DNA of 45,051 bases. Source: Gemmatimonadota bacterium. Its GTDB lineage: Bacteria > 4572-55 > J002. The DNA is taken from contig RFFQ01000183.1 of assembly GCA_003697105.1 (NCBI GenBank), positions 1-45,051 on the forward strand, given 5' to 3'. A program made the translations under genes and the position numbers. Of this stretch, positions 39,191-45,051 are shown piece by piece; positions within the stretch are counted from its first letter, which is position 1; every line of letters begins with the position of its first letter. Under the pieces are notes generated by a model. The model was not told the DNA's origin. It saw only the letters and a list, made by a program, of their open reading frames with translations, and did no database searches.

Positions 39191-40315
39191 ATGGCGACAA
39201 TGGATTTAAATCTACTCGAAGCGTTATCAAGCAGTTTTGGACCTAGTGGGCACGAAGTTGAACCGTTACGATTGGTCAAACAAGCCGCAGAACCTTACAC
39301 CGATGAATTTTTGACGACCGGATTACAATCGCTGGTTTTTACTAAAAAAGGGCGTGCAGAAGCACCCCGGGTACTGATTGCCGGGCACGCTGATGAAATC
39401 GGATTTGTTGTCAGCGGGATGGAGAAAGGCTTTCTCACCTTCTGGCAACTGGGTGGTTGGTGGGATCAAACCCTGCTCTCCACACGCGTGATTGTGCGCA
39501 CCTCCAAAGGGGATTTGATCGACGGGATAATTTGTGCCAAACCCCCTCACATCGTGGACCCTGAAGAACGAAAAAGCGTGGTGACAAAAGATAAAATGTA
39601 TATTGATGTGGGGTGTACATCCAATGAGGAACTGAAAGAATTAGGTATTCGGATGGGCGATCCGGTGGTCCCGCATTCCGAATTCCAGATTTTGAACCGC
39701 AAACGGATCAAAAAGAGTGAAAATGGCGGTGAAACCGAAACACAAGAGGTGCAACTAGCGTTAGGAAAAGCTTTTGATAATCGGGTCGGTTGTTTTATTG
39801 CCCTAGAAGTGTTGAAACGACTCGGTTCCGATCATCCCAACACGTACTACGGTGCGGCAACGACACAAGAAGAGGTCGGATTACGCGGCGCGCGCACCAC
39901 GGCCGGTTTGGTACAACCGGATGTGGCATTTGCCTTAGATGTGGATATTTCCGGCGATGTGCCCGGTGTACCTCCTACCAAAGCCCCGACAAAAATGTCA
40001 GCGGGTGTTTCCATCGTCACGTATGACGGCTCCATGATCCCCAATCCGCGCTTGTTAGAGTTCGCCGTGCAAACCGCTGAAGAAAACAATATTGAGTACC
40101 AATTTTCGCATTTGCGGGGCGGCGGCACAGATGCCGGTGTCTTCCAATTCACGGGTGTGGGGTGTCCCAGTTTGACTCTGAACGTCTCTACCCGGCACAT
40201 CCATTCCCCTTATGGGTACATCGATCTGGCGGATGTGGAAGCTACCATTAACCTGTGCGTGGCAATGCTCAAAAAACTGGATGCCGCAACGGTCCAGTCC
40301 TTTACAGAAATCTGA
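39191..40315 (+). CDS. M42 family metallo-aminopeptidase
   Basis: PSGHE, GHADEIG, GKAFDNRVG, QEEVGLRGA, ALDVD, GGTDAG, RHIHS. Confidence 0.95.
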   Translation: MATMDLNLLEALSSSFGPSGHEVEPLRLVKQAAEPYTDEFLTTGLQSLVFTKKGRAEAPRVLIAGHADEIGFVVSGMEKGFLTFWQLGGWWDQTLLSTRVIVRTSKGDLIDGIICAKPPHIVDPEERKSVVTKDKMYIDVGCTSNEELKELGIRMGDPVVPHSEFQILNRKRIKKSENGGETETQEVQLALGKAFDNRVGCFIALEVLKRLGSDHPNTYYGAATTQEEVGLRGARTTAGLVQPDVAFALDVDISGDVPGVPPTKAPTKMSAGVSIVTYDGSMIPNPRLLEFAVQTAEENNIEYQFSHLRGGGTDAGVFQFTGVGCPSLTLNVSTRHIHSPYGYIDLADVEATINLCVAMLKKLDAATVQSFTEI

Positions 40316-40342
40316 GCTAACAACTCCATTCTGGAACCCCCC

Positions 40343-40374
40343 AAAGCCTGCTGAAATAATTCGGCAGGCTTTTT
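40343..40374 (+). terminator. Rho-independent terminator
   Basis: AAAGCCTGCTGAA-ATAA-TTCGGCAGGCTTTTT. Confidence 0.8.
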
Positions 40375-40429
40375 ACATTTCCGGTTATTAGTTGTCATGC
40401 ATACCGGATCATCCGTGCCATATAAAGGA

Positions 40430-40456
40430 GGTGCCAACAAAAATTTTGTTGACACC
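40430..40456. promoter_or_regulatory. Palindromic operator/REP-like site
   Basis: GGTGCCAAC-AAAAATTTT-GTTGACACC, with the same arms and 9-nt spacing as 8947-8973. Confidence 0.5.
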
Positions 40457-40547
40457 GTTTTCCTTTTCCGATATGATGCACGCAAGAATTCCCACAATAA
40501 CCGACCGATGTTGACTCACATTTAACCCGTATAGGAGGTTTATCAAG

Positions 40548-41483
40548 ATGCGTAAAATAGGCATACTCCGTGGACAGGAGGATAGTTTTCCCGATGCACT
40601 CATTCAACGGATTAACCGCATGGGAGTGGAAGATGTTCAAGCCGATTTTATCGAGATTGATGGTGTTAAAGAAGCACCGGATTTTGGCGATTATCGCGTG
40701 ATTTTAGACCGGATTTCGCAGGATATTCCCTTTTATCGTTCGATGCTGAAAAATGCCATGCTGAACGGTGTCCGGGTGGTTAATAATCCCTTTTGGTGGA
40801 GCGCAGATGATAAATTCTTTGGATATTGCTTGCTCCGGAAGATTGGAATAAACGTGCCCCGAACGGTCTTACTCCCGAATCGAGATCATACGCCAGATAC
40901 GGATGCGAAATCCTACCGGAATCTAAAATACCCGCTCTCTTGGGAAGATATTTTTGATTATATCGGATTTCCGGCTTTTATGAAACCCCATGCTGGCGGC
41001 GGCTGGAAGCATGTTTACAAAATCCATAACCGGGAAGAATTTTTCCACTATTACAATCAAACCGGTGATTTGTGTATGATGCTCCAAGAAGGTATTGAGT
41101 TTGAACGCTACTACCGCTGTTATGGTATCGGTTACCAGCATGTTTGGTTGATGGAATACGATCCATTGCAACCGCACCATTTGCGTTACGTTCGCAATCC
41201 ACAACCGATCCCGTCTGGGTTGGAAGCACAAATGCGAAACGAAGTAACCAAAATCTGCTCGGCATTAGGCTACGATTTTAACACCGTCGAATTCGCCATT
41301 CGGGATGGTGTCCCATATGCCATTGACTTTACCAATCCGGCACCAGATTGTGATATTCACTCCGTGACAGAAGAGAATTTTTATTGGGTGTTGGATGCGG
41401 CAAGTCAATATCTGGTGGAATTGGCACAGCAACCACCTTTGGATTTTCAAGAGTATCGCTGGTCACACTTTTTACAGCGGTAA
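40548..41483 (+). CDS. RimK/glutathione synthetase-like ATP-grasp ligase
   Basis: DRIS, VVNNPFWWSADDKFF, VPRTVLLP, FMKPHAGGGWKHVY, MLQEGI, YDFNTVEFAIRDGVPYAIDFTNPAPD. Confidence 0.88.
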   Translation: MRKIGILRGQEDSFPDALIQRINRMGVEDVQADFIEIDGVKEAPDFGDYRVILDRISQDIPFYRSMLKNAMLNGVRVVNNPFWWSADDKFFGYCLLRKIGINVPRTVLLPNRDHTPDTDAKSYRNLKYPLSWEDIFDYIGFPAFMKPHAGGGWKHVYKIHNREEFFHYYNQTGDLCMMLQEGIEFERYYRCYGIGYQHVWLMEYDPLQPHHLRYVRNPQPIPSGLEAQMRNEVTKICSALGYDFNTVEFAIRDGVPYAIDFTNPAPDCDIHSVTEENFYWVLDAASQYLVELAQQPPLDFQEYRWSHFLQR

Positions 41484-41550
41484 GCGAGATCCGCACTCAT
41501 GATTAGAATCCAAGTTTTATGACCTAGTTATGCCAGAAAGGGGAGAGTTG

Positions 41551-42930
41551 ATGGAGGAAATGTTGCTCGAAGAAGCAGTAAAAGTGTATAACGATCTGGT
41601 TAGCCAACATAAGGAGAGTGCTCAGGAAATCAATGAGATTATGAGCAAACGGATGCGAGAGTCCAAGCTAAGTTATGGTGACCGCTTGATTTGCGCCTAT
41701 TTACGCCCCAAGTTTGTCACACGAGGCCAACTCACGTTGATTAAAAATGTCAATGTGGTATTGCAACGGGCACTGATCAAGCTGAAAGAGGCATTATTCA
41801 AAGTGCCGGGTCTTTATGATGAAATTGGGCTTACTGAGGCAGAAGCCCGTTTAACCGACATCTACCCCGGTTATGACCGGCTTTCGATCACCTCGCGGTG
41901 GGATTCCTTTTTTACCGCAGTTTCGCTTAAATTTGTGGAACTCAATGCCGAAGCACCTGCCGGCATTGCCTATTCCGACCGGATGACCTCTGTCATGATG
42001 GAAAATCCGATAATTAAAGAGTTTAGCAAAAAGTATATCGTTTATCGCTTTGGGACAAGCGGGTCACTGCTGGCGGCACTGTTGCATGGCTATTACGATT
42101 TTCTGCGCAATGTGGACACCAAAAAAATGTCCAGTTTACCGCGCATTGCGATTGTCGATTGGCGTGATGTTCCGACGTGGACCGAATTTGAATTGTTTGA
42201 AGAATTTTTTGAGAGTCAAGGCTTCAAGACCGTACTGTGCGACCCCCGCGAACTCGAATATACCAACGGACGACTCCGCTATAAAGGACTCGGAATCGAC
42301 TTGGTTTACCGCCGTTTATTAACCAACGAATTGCTGGCAAAGATCGATGAATTACAACCATTGATCCAAGCCTATAAAGACCATGCGGTTTGTGTCATCA
42401 ATTCGTTTCGGGCAAAATTGATCCATAAAAAGTCTTTGTTTGCCCTGCTCACCGATGAACGATTTCAACGGATTTTTTCCGATGAAGAACGGTTTGTCAT
42501 CCATACCCATGTTCCTTGGACTCGCCGAATTCAAGAGCGCAAAACCGTTTTTGCCGGACGCCAAATCGATTTGATCCCTTTCATCCGGGAACATAAAAAT
42601 AGTCTGGTGATCAAACCGAACGATGAGTACGGTGGTAAAGGGGTCACGTTAGGCTGGAACGTCGATCAAACAACATGGGATCACGTTATTAAAACCGCCC
42701 TCAATGGGGAATATTTTGTAGTACAAGAACGTACACCCATTCCAGTAGAGGAATTCCCCCGCTTTGAAAATAATCAACTGACATTTGAAGAGTTGATTGT
42801 GGATTTTGACCCCTACACCTTTGAAGACGAAGTGAGTGGTATTCTAACCCGGCTCTCCGGTGCGAGCGGCTTAAGCAATGTTACCGCCGGCGGTGGCGCG
42901 GTACCGACATTTGTGATTGAAGACCGGTGA
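41551..42930 (+). CDS. Circularly permuted type 2 ATP-grasp peptide ligase
   Basis: SRWDSF, FVELNAEAPAG, IAIVDW, IDLVYRR, HVPWTR, LVIKPNDEYGGKGV.LG, VVQE, NVTAGGG. RBS favours ATG 41551 (alternative 41530). Confidence 0.85.
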   Translation: MEEMLLEEAVKVYNDLVSQHKESAQEINEIMSKRMRESKLSYGDRLICAYLRPKFVTRGQLTLIKNVNVVLQRALIKLKEALFKVPGLYDEIGLTEAEARLTDIYPGYDRLSITSRWDSFFTAVSLKFVELNAEAPAGIAYSDRMTSVMMENPIIKEFSKKYIVYRFGTSGSLLAALLHGYYDFLRNVDTKKMSSLPRIAIVDWRDVPTWTEFELFEEFFESQGFKTVLCDPRELEYTNGRLRYKGLGIDLVYRRLLTNELLAKIDELQPLIQAYKDHAVCVINSFRAKLIHKKSLFALLTDERFQRIFSDEERFVIHTHVPWTRRIQERKTVFAGRQIDLIPFIREHKNSLVIKPNDEYGGKGVTLGWNVDQTTWDHVIKTALNGEYFVVQERTPIPVEEFPRFENNQLTFEELIVDFDPYTFEDEVSGILTRLSGASGLSNVTAGGGAVPTFVIEDR

Positions 42931-42992
42931 GGAGTTGGGGAGTTCCTTGAGTTAGGGAGTTGCTAACGGTTCACTGTTTTCGGGTAAAGGTT

Positions 42993-43634
42993 ATGCGGAT
43001 ATTTATTTTGGTAATCGGGTTGTTTTATTTAAGTGGGGGAACCCTTCTTTTTGCTCAAAGTTCCACTTTGGACGAGGACTTCGCGCAATTAGTCGATTGG
43101 TTTGAGGGACGTTTCGATAATGCGGCTCAGGTGGAACATGAGCGTGCGGCGCGTGCGGCAACCCCGCATGATCACCAGCAATGGATTTTTCGCCGGGTGG
43201 AAATGCCGAAATTCGGACGGTATGTCTTTCTTGCGGTGCAACGCTCTGCCACGGATACAACCCATGTGTTGCAACGCCGGGTCTATCGTTTTCTTCCGAA
43301 TTTTGATGTAATGGAAATCGAAATGAATTTATTTGATTTGGGTCAGCGTACTCTATCTGACCAACAACTGCGGCGGTTAGATGTGGGTGATCTCCCCCTC
43401 GTGCCGGGTTGTGAGGTGTTTTGGCATCGCGAACAGGATCACTTTACCGGTGAATCCCGGCAGGGGGAATGCTACGGCTATTTGAGCGACCGGCAACGTG
43501 TCCAGATCGACTGGATCATGAAAATATCGGCAACCGCTTTCGAATATGCCGAACAGATCAAAAACCGGCAGGGGCAGTTAGTGGGCGGGTACCCCCGCAC
43601 CAACCCCTACCATTATCAACGAAAGGAGGAATGA
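42993..43634 (+). CDS. CpcT/CpeT (chromophore lyase-like) family protein with signal peptide
   Basis: WFEGRFDNAAQV, QRRVYRF, PGCEVFW...F.G....GEC, GQLV.G. Confidence 0.7.
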   Translation: MRIFILVIGLFYLSGGTLLFAQSSTLDEDFAQLVDWFEGRFDNAAQVEHERAARAATPHDHQQWIFRRVEMPKFGRYVFLAVQRSATDTTHVLQRRVYRFLPNFDVMEIEMNLFDLGQRTLSDQQLRRLDVGDLPLVPGCEVFWHREQDHFTGESRQGECYGYLSDRQRVQIDWIMKISATAFEYAEQIKNRQGQLVGGYPRTNPYHYQRKEE

Positions 43635-44998
43635 TGATTACCAGTATTAATCCGGCTACGAATGAGCAAATTCATTCGTATGATGAAATGACGCCCGATC
43701 AGGTGGATCAAATTATCCATGAGGCTGATCGGGCGTTTCACAATTGGCGCAAAGTGCCTTTCCCCGAGCGCTCGCGGCTGATGAACCAAGCCGCGACGAT
43801 CTTACGGCAAAATGTGACGGAATACGCCCGCCTGATGACGCTCGAAATGGGCAAAACACTGAAGGAAGCCCGTGCCGAAGTGGAAAAGTGTGCGTGGGTT
43901 TGTGAGTATTATGCGGAAAACGCCGAAATATTTTTGCAAGATGAAGTGATTGCGACAGATGCCCGCCATAGCTTTGTCACATTCCAACCCTTAGGGGTCA
44001 TCTTAGCCGTGATGCCGTGGAATTTTCCTTTCTGGCAGGTTTTCCGGTTTGCAGCTCCGGCATTGATGGCAGGTAACGTGGGCGTGCTAAAACATGCCTC
44101 CAATGTTTTTGGTTGTGCCCTAGCTATTGAAGATGTTTTTCGCCAAGCGGGTTTTCCAGAAAATGTTTTTCGGAGCGTGTTGATCGGGAGTTCCCGCGTA
44201 AATGCTGTGATTGAACATCCAAACGTGAAAGCCGTGACTCTAACGGGAAGTACACCGGCAGGTAAAGCCGTTGCCCAAAAAGCAGGTGAATGCCTCAAAA
44301 AAACGGTACTAGAACTGGGGGGAAGTGACCCCTACCTCATTTTAGAAGATGCCGATCTGGAACACGCCGCCCAAACGTGTGCCACAAGCCGCTTGATCAA
44401 TGCCGGACAAAGTTGTATTGCCGCGAAACGGTTCATCGTAGTGAACGCGGTGCGCGAGCGCTTCACCACATTGTTTGTGGGTGAAATGCGACAGCGAAAA
44501 ATGGGAGATCCGTTTGACGAAACGGTCGATTTAGGTCCGCAAGCTCGGGCAGACCTGCGCGACGAACTTCACCAACAAGTTCAGCAGAGCATCAAGCTGG
44601 GCGCCACCTGCTTATTAGGCGGTGAAATCCCACCGGGTAAAGGAGCATTCTATCCCCCAACCGTCTTAACGGGAGTTTCCAAAGGGATGCCGGCGTATGA
44701 CGAAGAGCTTTTTGGTCCGGTTGCCGCGATCATTCCGGCGAAAGATGAAGCAGAGGCCATCCGCATCGCGAATGATTCCGCTTTCGGCTTGGGTGCCGCA
44801 ATCTTCACTCAGGATATCGAAAAAGGTCAGCGTCTTGCCGCCGAAGAGATTCAGGCTGGGTGCGTGTTTGTCAACAGTTTTGTCAAATCAGACCCGCGCC
44901 TGCCGTTTGGAGGGGTCAAGGCAAGTGGTTATGGGAGGGAACTTGCACAGTTTGGCATCCGAGAATTTGTGAATATCAAGACCGTCTGGATCAAATGA
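43631..44998 (+). CDS. NAD(P)-dependent succinate-semialdehyde dehydrogenase (Sad-type aldehyde dehydrogenase)
   Basis: SINPAT, VMPWNFPFWQVFRFAAP, LTGS, LELGGSDP, NAGQSCIAAKR, EELFGP, PFGGVKASGYGREL. AAGGAGG RBS. Confidence 0.93.
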   Translation: MMITSINPATNEQIHSYDEMTPDQVDQIIHEADRAFHNWRKVPFPERSRLMNQAATILRQNVTEYARLMTLEMGKTLKEARAEVEKCAWVCEYYAENAEIFLQDEVIATDARHSFVTFQPLGVILAVMPWNFPFWQVFRFAAPALMAGNVGVLKHASNVFGCALAIEDVFRQAGFPENVFRSVLIGSSRVNAVIEHPNVKAVTLTGSTPAGKAVAQKAGECLKKTVLELGGSDPYLILEDADLEHAAQTCATSRLINAGQSCIAAKRFIVVNAVRERFTTLFVGEMRQRKMGDPFDETVDLGPQARADLRDELHQQVQQSIKLGATCLLGGEIPPGKGAFYPPTVLTGVSKGMPAYDEELFGPVAAIIPAKDEAEAIRIANDSAFGLGAAIFTQDIEKGQRLAAEEIQAGCVFVNSFVKSDPRLPFGGVKASGYGRELAQFGIREFVNIKTVWIK

Positions 44999-45051
44999 CG
45001 GTTTGTTTGCCACCGTACACTTAATTTTCGGTTTACGATGACAGCCAGTCC

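Noticed and set aside
42931-42962. Four GAGTT repeats at 8-9 nt spacing
   Set aside because: Too short and irregular to distinguish from low-complexity intergenic sequence.

Overview
Bacterial chromosomal segment. The uncultured Gram-negative FCB-like assignment is an inference from the GWxTD, SLBB and TPR-SPOR proteins and a C-terminal TWGxIK motif. Most genes are housekeeping or envelope functions: clpP, acyl-CoA dehydrogenase, MlaE, MsbA-like ABC, a split PhnCDE-like transporter, ssb, tRNA-Gln(UUG), fabG, folA-thyA, guaB, M42 peptidase and SSADH. Six features stand out. (1) A full-length archaeal-type gatD with no gatE in the window, alongside a bacterial-type U1-A72 tRNA-Gln. (2) A ~1.2 kb relic of a type I restriction-modification locus (hsdM start, hsdR pieces) wrapped around a frameshifted RAYT/Y1 transposase with its own REP-like palindromes, one lying in frame inside the gene. 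(3) Tandem RimK-like and circularly permuted ATP-grasp ligases flanked by an M42 peptidase and an exported CpcT-like protein, a candidate peptide-ligation system. (4) A haloarchaeal-like thyA. (5) An Rpn nuclease gene missed by the ORF track. (6) A ~950 aa membrane-anchored orphan behind a promoter, small ORF and hairpin. All calls come from motif recognition by eye; no database searches were run.
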